DNA of 64,000 nt. Source: an uncultured Candidatus Saccharibacteria bacterium (GTDB taxonomy: Bacteria; Patescibacteriota; Dojkabacteria; B142; OLB20). The number at the start of each line of letters is the position of its first letter. Position 1 is the first letter of the stretch. The stretch covers positions 47,789 through 111,788 of the forward strand of contig CAYWVD010000002.1 in the NCBI GenBank assembly GCA_964461915.1, in the 5' to 3' direction. The position numbers and the translations under genes are program-made. Positions 1 to 9,800 of this stretch are shown here, one piece after another. The notes below the pieces were generated by a model, which saw nothing but the letters and a program-made list of their open reading frames with translations, had not been told where the DNA came from and did no database searches.

Positions 1-1
1 A

Positions 2-265
2 GAATCATTAAGAGAAGAAGCAATTGCAACTGCAAAAGCCAAGGCCGAAAAGATTGCAAAAGAATCAGGTCTAACATTAGGTAAACTCTTAAATGTTTAT
101 GAGGGCAGTGATTATTCATATAATAACTACAAGGTTAATTCATATTCTCCTATTGCAATAGATTCAATGGCAGTCTCCGGTAATGCCGAAAGATCGTCCG
201 AAAGTTTTAATCCAGGAGAAACTGAAATGCAGATGGAGGTAACATTGGTTTATGAAGTCAGATAA
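2..265 (+). CDS. C-terminal fragment of a SIMPL/DUF541-like periplasmic protein (5' end is outside the window)
   Basis: The frame is open from the window edge to the TAA at 263-265. The translation ends ...GETEMQMEVTLVYEVR, which resembles the C-terminus of the SIMPL/BP26 family. Confidence 0.45.
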   Translation, partial: ESLREEAIATAKAKAEKIAKESGLTLGKLLNVYEGSDYSYNNYKVNSYSPIAIDSMAVSGNAERSSESFNPGETEMQMEVTLVYEVR

Positions 266-305
266 TTTAAATAGATTTTTGGCTTACTTAAGAAATCTAA
301 TAATT

Positions 306-929
306 TTAGTAGCTTTTTCGGCGATTCCATAATAAACTGATGGCTATCATTCCTCCTGCTAGGACGAAGAAGCCCACTGAAGTAATTACAGCCTCAAATA
401 TTTGCGGTGAAAGGTTTCCTAAGTAACCACCTAAAAGGCCAAATCCTGCAGTAGAAATACTCATAACTGTTTCGTAAATTCCATATTGATAACCCTCTTT
501 ATTTTTATCAAGGTTTTTTGCAAAAAGCTTTCGCCAATTATTCAGATTCATTGAAGCCCCAAGACCACCTATGCCCATTAAGACATAATACTGATATTGA
601 TCAGTCACGACTGAATACAAAAGATAAGGAATTCCCATTAATATGCAGCCAAGCATCAAAAAGAAGATTTCATCTTTATCGTGCTTGATTCTGTCAGTGA
701 GCATTCCTATCGGAAGTTGAACTAAACTTCGTACAGCAAAATAAATTGCTGTTCCAATACCTATGTATTCAACAGTATTTCCGCCAAATTTCCCTGAAAG
801 ATATATCGCAAGCAGGGGACTTGCAATAGTTGAAGTTCCCCAAACAAGAATATCACTCAGAGTGAGTAAGAAAATGACTTTATTACTTCCGTTTTTGCCT
901 TTAAGGGTAGTTAGTTTTTTTGCTTGCAT
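306..929 (-). CDS. Half-size MFS-like membrane transporter
   Basis: 207 aa with about 6 predicted TM helices. LPIGMLTDRIKHDK resembles MFS motif A (GxLaDrxGrk). Confidence 0.4.
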   Translation of the reverse strand: MQAKKLTTLKGKNGSNKVIFLLTLSDILVWGTSTIASPLLAIYLSGKFGGNTVEYIGIGTAIYFAVRSLVQLPIGMLTDRIKHDKDEIFFLMLGCILMGIPYLLYSVVTDQYQYYVLMGIGGLGASMNLNNWRKLFAKNLDKNKEGYQYGIYETVMSISTAGFGLLGGYLGNLSPQIFEAVITSVGFFVLAGGMIAISLLWNRRKSY

Positions 930-938
930 GAAATATTT

Positions 939-3557
939 TTAAAATCCGAAATCTATTTTTTTCTTTTTTCGCCCCCTCTTTTTCATTTTAGTAATTTGGA
1001 GTAATTCTAAATCCGATATCTGAAGCTTTTGCTCAACCATCATTGTTGCTTCTGTAATGAATTGGGTAAGGCCGGCATCTAAAAATGATTTAATAAAATC
1101 ATTATTAAGTTTTTCTCCCCTATAAAGGACAAATGGCATAGCCATATTTGAATTTGAAAGTTCAATAATATATCTCACAAAACTCACGATATTTTTATCA
1201 AGTCCAGTATTGAATTTTCCGGTGATAGAAAATAACAATTCGTTTAAGTCAATTAATAATCCATCTAGTGAGTTATTTTCCACCAAACTTTTAGCATTTA
1301 GGGCTGAATATGAATTATTCACAACTCCAAGCAATTTGAAAGTGCTGGATCTTCGAATACCTTTGGCAGTAACCTCTTTTTTTAATTCTATTAGTTCGGA
1401 CTCTGTGCAGACATCACCAAAAGCTAGCCAGACAGACCTAAAATTATCTTTATTCCTCAAATTAAGCACTAATTCGATATCAAGATTCAATAATTCTATA
1501 GTCTTATCCTGTAATGAATATTGTTCTTTGACTTGTTTGGAGAACGATTGAATAATAATGTGATTTAAATGTGAGAGATTGAAAATATTACGGATCAAAG
1601 CCATAGCCTCTTGAATGTATAATTCTTGTAGATTTTTATTTATCAAGAGGTCTCTTGGATCGTAGCCTAAAGACTTCATAAGATCTGAAGTAACCAAGAA
1701 ATATCCTTGTGAATTTCTATGATCGATTAAAAGATTTGAAAAATCTAAATATTGCCAAAAATCTGAAGTCGTTTTGATTGGAACATTAGCCGGATCATCA
1801 TATAATTTAAGTGGCAACTTCGCAGATAATCTGTCCTGAGCTTTTTCAGCATTCTTATCAACCATACCTCTTCGATCAACCTTTAGCTCTGTCAGATCTT
1901 TGACTCCAGCTCCTAATAGGACATCACCATTTTCAGGATCCAAAGTTATTACCTCTTTATCGTGTAGCACTTCGAAAGCATTTTTAATACCATGAATAAC
2001 CGGTACTCTAACATTTTCTAACGAAGCTTCACTAATCGCCGATTCAATTACGGCTCCTTTTACGGAATTAATATAATGTGAATCGGCCGATTTGAAAGTT
2101 TTTAATATCAAAATTTCATCACCTGTTAAATCTTCCATGTCATAATCGGCAAAAACAAAGTGGGCTAATCCAAATTTCACTTTATTCTTATGCCCCTTAC
2201 CTTTTAAAATCTTTGTTAACTTATCAATTGGTTCAACATCAACAACGATCTTATCTTCAACAATCGGTTCATTCTCTTTAATTTTTTCAATTACTTTATC
2301 CTCGTATTCAACTGGATTTTCAAATTCTTCAGATTCCACATCAGGGAGATCTTTCTCTAATGGCTCAATTTTTGGAACTTCTAACTCAATTTCTGACTTT
2401 TTATCTTCTGAATCTTCTTCTGCAACAGGCTCTTTGGACATATTCTCGTTAACCTCTTTTACATAATCTTCGATTTTTAATTTGATATCTTGCTGTTTAT
2501 TGCCGTCTTCATCAGTTGATAAAATTGAATCAAGTTTTTCTTGAACTTTAAATGATTTTAATGGGAACATTTTTGCCACATCAACATTGGTTTCATAATC
2601 GTTGCTTTCCATAAAGAATACCCGCCCCGATTCAATACACCAAGAGATTTCTTGAGGGCTACCTGTTATTTCAATTATTCTCGAGGCATAGTCGAACAGC
2701 AAATACAGATGCCTATCATCTAGCTTTGATCTTTTTTGCCAAACTGGAGAGATATTAACTTTCATGTAAGGCTCTTTTGCATCTGATCTACTTTTAACGA
2801 CATACATAAAGTCCTGACTGATAACTCTTTTTTCAATAACTTCACCAGTCCTTTTGTCGATTAAATAACTATCGGGAATTACTTCGTTGAAAATATTTCC
2901 ATTATCTAATCCCCAAATAGCTTGTATTTCAATAACTGTAGGGTCGTGATCTGTTGTATTTACTGTATAGATTTTACCCGAAATTTCTGCGTGAACGAGT
3001 TTTTGAACAACAACTGCTTCGGTTAAATAACCTTCATAGCCGATCTTTCCACGATACATTAAGGCATTAGGACTGAAAAAATCAGCCCAAATTTCTTTGA
3101 TACTTTCTAATAGATTTTCAAAGCCTGATATGCCAATAATACTCTCAATCCCACCTTTTATGGAAAGCTTAAGTTCATTATTAATTGACGATACTCTTGC
3201 ATTTACCGACCCTTCAGAGAATCCAACAAATCCTGAATATGCCTTTTTTAAAGGTTGTTTGATTAAATCCGGAAAAACTGATTTTTTAAATGCCTCATGA
3301 ATCGATTCACTAGCAATTTGGATTTGATCGATATCCTGATAATCCAACGAATTTATTATTGATCCGATTTTATCTACCAAATCATTAGCTATCAAAAAAT
3401 CATCAAAAGCTTTTGTAGTTAAAACGAATCCGACCGGTAATGTTATGCCTTTTTCAAGCGCAGATTTTATAAAAAAAGCCAATTGCCCAACTGATTCTTG
3501 GTTTGAATTTACTAAATTAGCCAAATTGACTATGTATTGTTTTTGAGAGTCGGGCAT
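939..3557 (-). CDS. PEP-utilising enzyme family protein (PEP synthase / pyruvate phosphate dikinase-like)
   Basis: The N-terminus matches the PPDK_N PEP/pyruvate-binding domain (LPVGFVLTTKAFDDFL). The centre has a mobile phospho-His domain-like segment (ADSHYINSVKGAVIESA...VIHG...DPENGDV). A long acidic insert (EEDSEDKKSEIELE...) separates the two. Confidence 0.6.
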   Translation of the reverse strand: MPDSQKQYIVNLANLVNSNQESVGQLAFFIKSALEKGITLPVGFVLTTKAFDDFLIANDLVDKIGSIINSLDYQDIDQIQIASESIHEAFKKSVFPDLIKQPLKKAYSGFVGFSEGSVNARVSSINNELKLSIKGGIESIIGISGFENLLESIKEIWADFFSPNALMYRGKIGYEGYLTEAVVVQKLVHAEISGKIYTVNTTDHDPTVIEIQAIWGLDNGNIFNEVIPDSYLIDKRTGEVIEKRVISQDFMYVVKSRSDAKEPYMKVNISPVWQKRSKLDDRHLYLLFDYASRIIEITGSPQEISWCIESGRVFFMESNDYETNVDVAKMFPLKSFKVQEKLDSILSTDEDGNKQQDIKLKIEDYVKEVNENMSKEPVAEEDSEDKKSEIELEVPKIEPLEKDLPDVESEEFENPVEYEDKVIEKIKENEPIVEDKIVVDVEPIDKLTKILKGKGHKNKVKFGLAHFVFADYDMEDLTGDEILILKTFKSADSHYINSVKGAVIESAISEASLENVRVPVIHGIKNAFEVLHDKEVITLDPENGDVLLGAGVKDLTELKVDRRGMVDKNAEKAQDRLSAKLPLKLYDDPANVPIKTTSDFWQYLDFSNLLIDHRNSQGYFLVTSDLMKSLGYDPRDLLINKNLQELYIQEAMALIRNIFNLSHLNHIIIQSFSKQVKEQYSLQDKTIELLNLDIELVLNLRNKDNFRSVWLAFGDVCTESELIELKKEVTAKGIRRSSTFKLLGVVNNSYSALNAKSLVENNSLDGLLIDLNELLFSITGKFNTGLDKNIVSFVRYIIELSNSNMAMPFVLYRGEKLNNDFIKSFLDAGLTQFITEATMMVEQKLQISDLELLQITKMKKRGRKKKKIDFGF

Positions 3558-3589
3558 AAAATTACACGCTACGATTCTATTATATCAAT

Positions 3590-5305
3590 TCACTTTCGTG
3601 AAAGGGAGTAAAAATATTTTTTAATATAATGAAAATTTCTTCTTATTAAAAATATTATACCAACCAAAAATATGTATAGGCTTACAAAAAAAGCGATATA
3701 CACAATATATGCATAAACTTTCACTTTATTTGTTTCAAGACTAAAAGTACCATTATCATTAATAAAATCCACAGTTGCATTAATGTCGCCTAAATTTTTT
3801 ACAAGCAATTCCCCTGGAATATCCTTTTCAAAAGAAATAATTTTCGCAGTCTTGGGTAGAACTCCTACATTACTATGGTTGCCGGTTATATCATATTCTC
3901 CATTCAATAAAATTTTCGAAATATATACAACTTCATCACCTTCATTTTTAATTACCAATTCAGTTTTCTTAGAAAGGTCTTTTGGTTTATTCAAGAATGC
4001 GCTAAGTAACATTGAAGCTCCTTTAACATCGCCACCCTTATTTTGCTCAGTAAAAGTAATCAATTCTTTGGAATTCTTAATATTGTGTATTGCTTCCGGT
4101 AGAAATTTAATATCAATATTATAAATTCCCCAAACATATCTATGATTTGTAACTTTTTCGTAAGAATAATATCCCATTAAATCCTGTATGAAAGGGTCGT
4201 ATGGCAAAACCTCAGCTTGAGAATCATCATAAACCCCAACCCAATAATGCCACACAATTTCTTCACTAATCGGTAACTGCAATAGACCGTAATACATTTG
4301 GGCTTTATAGCCATACTTTTCAAGAAGATTTAAGAATGTGTATGAATATTCAGATGCCTCTTGTTCATCTTTTTGGGCGATTTCAGGAATTGATTTAATA
4401 GAGGATGAACCTCTTTTCAAAACAGGATTAAATTTTTCTAAAACTGCATCATAAATTTCGCGAATGGTGGGTTTTTCGGACAATTCAAACATACTGGTAT
4501 CATCGATAAACCCAGAGAGTCCAACATAATTAGCAATTCCTTCATCCTTTGGACTAACACTTATTGAATATCTTGATAGATAATCTAATCCAGCGGTAAC
4601 ATTTAAAAACTCATTATTAAACCTATCTTTAAAGAAAACGGCGCTTGAGGGGATTTCATATACACTTGTGTCTGAGAATGTTCCGCTTGGTATCGGAATA
4701 TATGTCCCATAATTAACAAGTAATTCTGCGTTTACAACATATGAATTTGATTTGCCCCAACTTAAATAAATATCTTTGTTGTGTGTAAATTTTATCGTAT
4801 TTTCGTCAATAATTTCATAACTTGGAACATTGACATATGCTAGATCGGTGGCCCTTATTGGGAGCCTTACTTCAAAAGTGGAATCTTTACCATTACAATA
4901 TTCAAACTCAGGTAAATAAAATGAGCTTACACCACCCCTCATTTTAAAAAGATCATTAGAGATGTAGTTTATTTTTAAATCCTTTTCGCCATTAGGTATT
5001 AGATAATACCTAAACATATTAATTTGAATTGAATTTTGATTTTCCTCAACATTCAGCTTTTCATCCCCAATAAATGCTTCTACCCCATAAATCGAATATG
5101 GATATCGAAAATTTAATTCATCTATAATATATTTATCGCTTTTATTAACAAGATGAATACTTTCAGTTACCTTTGGATTTTCCGTGTCCGAAATATCAAT
5201 AAAGGCATTGATATTACAATCATAGGATGTTTCAGCAAAGGCAACCTTATTAAAAATCAGGCTGATTATGAAAATTGAAAGTATGGTTAGGCAGGTCTTT
5301 CTCAT
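3590..5305 (-). CDS. Secreted, C-terminally membrane-anchored transglutaminase-like protein
   Basis: It has an N-terminal signal peptide and a C-terminal TM plus basic tail. YGYKAQMYYGLL...WHYWVGVY...LPYDPF resembles the transglutaminase-like core (GIPARxVxGY...HaWxEvy...pfDpT), but the catalytic Cys position is not conserved. Confidence 0.4.
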   Translation of the reverse strand: MRKTCLTILSIFIISLIFNKVAFAETSYDCNINAFIDISDTENPKVTESIHLVNKSDKYIIDELNFRYPYSIYGVEAFIGDEKLNVEENQNSIQINMFRYYLIPNGEKDLKINYISNDLFKMRGGVSSFYLPEFEYCNGKDSTFEVRLPIRATDLAYVNVPSYEIIDENTIKFTHNKDIYLSWGKSNSYVVNAELLVNYGTYIPIPSGTFSDTSVYEIPSSAVFFKDRFNNEFLNVTAGLDYLSRYSISVSPKDEGIANYVGLSGFIDDTSMFELSEKPTIREIYDAVLEKFNPVLKRGSSSIKSIPEIAQKDEQEASEYSYTFLNLLEKYGYKAQMYYGLLQLPISEEIVWHYWVGVYDDSQAEVLPYDPFIQDLMGYYSYEKVTNHRYVWGIYNIDIKFLPEAIHNIKNSKELITFTEQNKGGDVKGASMLLSAFLNKPKDLSKKTELVIKNEGDEVVYISKILLNGEYDITGNHSNVGVLPKTAKIISFEKDIPGELLVKNLGDINATVDFINDNGTFSLETNKVKVYAYIVYIAFFVSLYIFLVGIIFLIRRNFHYIKKYFYSLSRK

Positions 5306-5308
5306 TTA

Positions 5309-6766
5309 TTAAAAATATTTTTTAAGTCTATTTAAAACTTCATTCTTCCCCAAAACTTTCATGACATCAAATAATGGTGGCGAAAATGGAGTTTCTAATA
5401 TAGCCAATCTAACGGACATAAATAGCGCGCCTGCTTTTTGGTCTTTTTCCTCAGCATATTTCCTAATAAAATCTTCCCATTGTTCATGTTCGATATTTAA
5501 GAGATCTTCTTTCTCAAAAAAAGAATAGACGGATTTTAACAAGTCTTTAATAGTATCTTCTGACAGCTTTTTCGTCTGCTTACTATCCATTAAATTGAAA
5601 TCCCCCTTATGGAAATAAAAAGGTTTAAGGACCTCTAAAAGATCCGACCAAATATGAATCCTCTCTTGTTCCAATAATAGAGCTTTTTGTAAATAATCAG
5701 GACCCGCATTAATTATTGAAGATTTCAATTCAGTATCATCTGAGTATTTGTTCAACCAGTATAAAAATTTATTAGTTAAATGATCGGGACTAAGTGCCTG
5801 TATATACTTATGATTAAACCATAATAATTTGTCTCTATTAAAAACAGGACTATGTTTATTAATGTCAGAAATTGAAAATTCTTCTACAAAATCTTGAAGA
5901 GTAAATAATTCTTTTTCTTTCTCGCCATGTTCGTATTTTGTTGGAGAAGACCATCCTAATAACATTAAAAAGTTTAACATTGCTTCGGGTAAATATCCTT
6001 CCACTAAAAACCCTCTAGCCGAAACTGAACCCTTTCTTTTAGAAAGCTTTCCTCCATCAGGATCAAGAATTAACGGTAAATGTGAAATTACCGGCATCTC
6101 AATACCAAGTGCCTTGTATAAAAGGACGTGCTTCGGAACGCTAGGGAGCCATTCTACCCCTCTAAAAACATGTGTAACCCCCATTAGAGTATCATCGACA
6201 ACGACTGCTAGATGATAGGTAGGGAAACCATCACTTTTTAATAGGACAGTTTCATCAATGTCATTTGTATTAAAAGACATTGTCCCTTGGACTCCATCAT
6301 CAAATACAACAACATGGTTTTCTGGAAGTTTTTGCCTAATAACATATTTTTCACCCTTGGCTATTTTTTTCTCAGCTTCTGCAAGAGGTAGGTCTCTATA
6401 TGGCGACCTGAAAACGAAAGTCCTTTTTTCTTCATTCGCCTTTTTCCTCATTTCAGCAATTTCTTCTACTGTACTGAAGCAGTAATAAGCATCTCCACTT
6501 TTAATCAATTTTTCTGCATATTCTTTATAATATCCCAATCTTTCGGATTGTTTGAATTTCTCTTCGTATGGTAATCCATATTCTGTTAACATCGCTTCAA
6601 TATCTTCCTCAGCACCCTCTACAAAACGCTTTTGATCAGTATCTTCAATCCTGAGAAAGAATTTCCCATTTTCATGTTTAGCCATTGCATAAGCAAATAG
6701 AGCTGTTCGGATTCCACCAATATGCATTAAACCTGTCGGACTGGGGGCAAAACGAGTAATAACCAT
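5309..6766 (-). CDS. gltX: Glutamyl-tRNA synthetase
   Basis: It carries the HIGH motif region (RFAPSPTGLMHIGGIRTALFAY) and the KMSKS-type motif (GGKLSKRKG). Confidence 0.95.
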   Translation of the reverse strand: MVITRFAPSPTGLMHIGGIRTALFAYAMAKHENGKFFLRIEDTDQKRFVEGAEEDIEAMLTEYGLPYEEKFKQSERLGYYKEYAEKLIKSGDAYYCFSTVEEIAEMRKKANEEKRTFVFRSPYRDLPLAEAEKKIAKGEKYVIRQKLPENHVVVFDDGVQGTMSFNTNDIDETVLLKSDGFPTYHLAVVVDDTLMGVTHVFRGVEWLPSVPKHVLLYKALGIEMPVISHLPLILDPDGGKLSKRKGSVSARGFLVEGYLPEAMLNFLMLLGWSSPTKYEHGEKEKELFTLQDFVEEFSISDINKHSPVFNRDKLLWFNHKYIQALSPDHLTNKFLYWLNKYSDDTELKSSIINAGPDYLQKALLLEQERIHIWSDLLEVLKPFYFHKGDFNLMDSKQTKKLSEDTIKDLLKSVYSFFEKEDLLNIEHEQWEDFIRKYAEEKDQKAGALFMSVRLAILETPFSPPLFDVMKVLGKNEVLNRLKKYF

Positions 6767-6831
6767 AATTAGAAACGTTAAACTAAAGGTATTTTAACAC
6801 CTAAGTGAGTACTTGATAATACCTAGATCTT

Positions 6832-9800
6832 TTAAAAAGCTGATTCTGCCATTACGGGCATAACTTCTTTCTTGTTTAGAGCAATAGATAAATCTGAGAT
6901 ACTGCCATCTCCAATATCCATTACTTTAGTACCATCAGCTAAGGTTATTAAAGAAGATGAATCAACCAGCTCATAGCCAGGCACTGCTACAGCAAGATAA
7001 TATGAACCTTTTGCTAGTCTAAACCCGAACCTTCCTTTTTCATCGCTTAATTGAAGTTCAATTTGCCTGCTTTGCTCTTTATTAAATATTCTTAAAAAGC
7101 CTCCCTTAATCCTTTCTCCAGTTTGCTGATCAAAAATATATCCCCAATTTCTTATCGGTTTTACAAAAATTAGTATTCCCAGATGAATAATATAAAAAGC
7201 TAAAACAATTAGATTAAAGGCTGAGAAATTAAATACTAGAGCAATCACACTCAATGTCAAACCAACAATCCCAATAACCCAGCCTAATCCTGTTAACATT
7301 TTTTGAGCTAATTTTTTTATATTGAAAGCCGCAGGTTTCCAATTTCTTTGTAAAGGTACATCTAGAGTTAATTGATCTTCTTTATTAATTACCTTTACCT
7401 CTTTATTGTATTTCGAGTAGTCAGAATGCAGTACTTCCATTTGGTAATTACCTTTATCTAAAATGAATGAGTATTTTCCTTCCAGATCAGTAACACTTTG
7501 CTTAATGAGCTTACCATCAGAAAATATTCTAATTATTGCAAAAGCCACAGGAACATGATTTTGAGCATCATAGACAATTCCCCAAGGCTTTTTCTTCTTT
7601 CTGGGCAAGAACCAGATAAACCCATAAATTAAAAATTTTGGGCTTGTAAAAAGCACAGGTATAAAGACCATGCTTAATCCAATCAAAGCTAAAGCAATAG
7701 AAAAAGTCCCGATCAAAACTCTGTTTTGATTAGAGAATAATCCAACCTCTTCAAGCATTGGTGCTAAAGTCTTGGCAGAAATGACATCTGAAGCGCTACA
7801 TTGATTCACAACAGATACACAGCTCACCTTATAATAAACATCGAGCGCATTATTAAAACCAATATCCATTAAGGCTTTAAATGAGGAAGCGTAGGGAGTA
7901 ATTTTTCCAAAGGCATCCATTCTTTGGGGATCATTTCCATAATTAAGAGTGCAATAGGTAGTGTTATCTGTACTAAAAGTAAATGAAACATTACCTTCAG
8001 GATCCAAAGCATAATCACGATTTAAATAGACATGACATTGTGAGTAATATTCGATATGATTGATCTCGAAATTGCCAAAGTAACTATCAAGATATTCTCC
8101 ATATTTAATGTTTATCTCAAAGTCGTAAGGGGTGTCATACTCAGCATCACTAATTAAAATACAATGATCAAGCAACTTTGCTTCGGTTTCAGGTAAAGTA
8201 ATTTTATCCATCATTCCTCTTTTGCCATATTTGATAACACCTTTGGAAGGGGCGTTGCTATCCCAACAAATCTCAATATTGCCATCATCTGTACTAGTTC
8301 TTACATTAATTATTTCCAGTTCGAAAATACATTCACCATCATCAGAAACATATATGCACTTTTGATCTGGGGTGGGAGTAGGTACGGGAGTAGATGGTAC
8401 TGCCGAACCGGTAACGGAAGGACTTATTGTTATAGTCGCCGGTGGGGTTGCTGTGGGGGAAATTGATGGTGCAACGTAACTACACTGGCCCACATCATAA
8501 TTACAACTCTCATAACAGCTTAGATCTCCAGAATTGTATCCGGGGAAACTACTACACTCAAATCCACCCAAATTAATTCCATCGCATTGTTCACCTTCAT
8601 CAATGATTTCATTTCCGCAAGCTGGCGTATAGGGAAAGGTATAGTTCATCGCTCCCATACTTTGGGTTAATCCCTCCACCATCCAATAATCATTGCCATC
8701 ACTTCCAGTAACAATAGAAACTTTAGGATCCAGATCAGAAACTATTTTTGCTCCAGCACAAGTCTCTGATACATCTAGAATGCTTTCAGCTAAAGGACAA
8801 AGTAGTAGATAGTCTGAAGGATCACTTTCTAATATCGGTACCATTAGATTATAAGCACCAAGAGCCCCAGGCTCTGCACTAGGATCGTCAATAAATACTT
8901 TTCCTTCTACCATATCTACTTCTCCACTTAGATTTGTCCAGTCATGATTAGCATTAAAAAGCACTTCAACTTTGGCCATTATCATAGAATCGTCATCATC
9001 TATTACATATATCCCTCTTTCTCCTACCTGTTTAAATCTCGTGACATCCATATCTAAATTCGAGATTAGAGTAGCTCTTAAATCATCATCTAGGCTTAAT
9101 AAATACCCATCAGCCTCTCCTACATATGATCCCATAGGATGATGCCAACCTTCATTAGGCTCGACCCATTCACAATTATTCATCCCACCAACTGGACTAC
9201 GAACTAACCAGCACGCCCTTGAAGAGTCTCCATTATTCTGACAGATGGAGTATTCCTCATTCATATTTGCCTGACACCAAGCCCAGCATACTTGCCAATC
9301 TTCAAATATCCCTAAACCAGGCATTCCATAGGGAATCGTTCGGGCAATATCTCCATGATTAGAACACCAAAAATCTCCCGAAGGAGTATCATCTTTTATT
9401 GAATAAATAATTGGTCTATTACGGAAAGTAATATTCATATTTACATTTCTATTACTAATATCTAACACCCTGAAGTAATACGTTGTATTAGGAAGAGCTT
9501 GAAAGGTAAGGAAACTAGTTTGATCTTGCCAATTACAAGACCAGTTAGCATCTGAACCATTTGTTGCCCAATCATCGTTTTCGGCTAGCAAGATTAAATC
9601 ATTAACAGAAGAGCCAGTATAAACACTTAAAACAGTATCTACTCGCCAACCAAACTTATTACATGTATCTATCCATACTTCACGCGATATTGAATCATTC
9701 GTCCACTTCCACCATAAGGTTCTGGGATCCATTGCATATTTAGATGCATCTGGTTCACCATCCTCCATAGTAGCATTCCTAGTTGTGTTTATAATATAAG

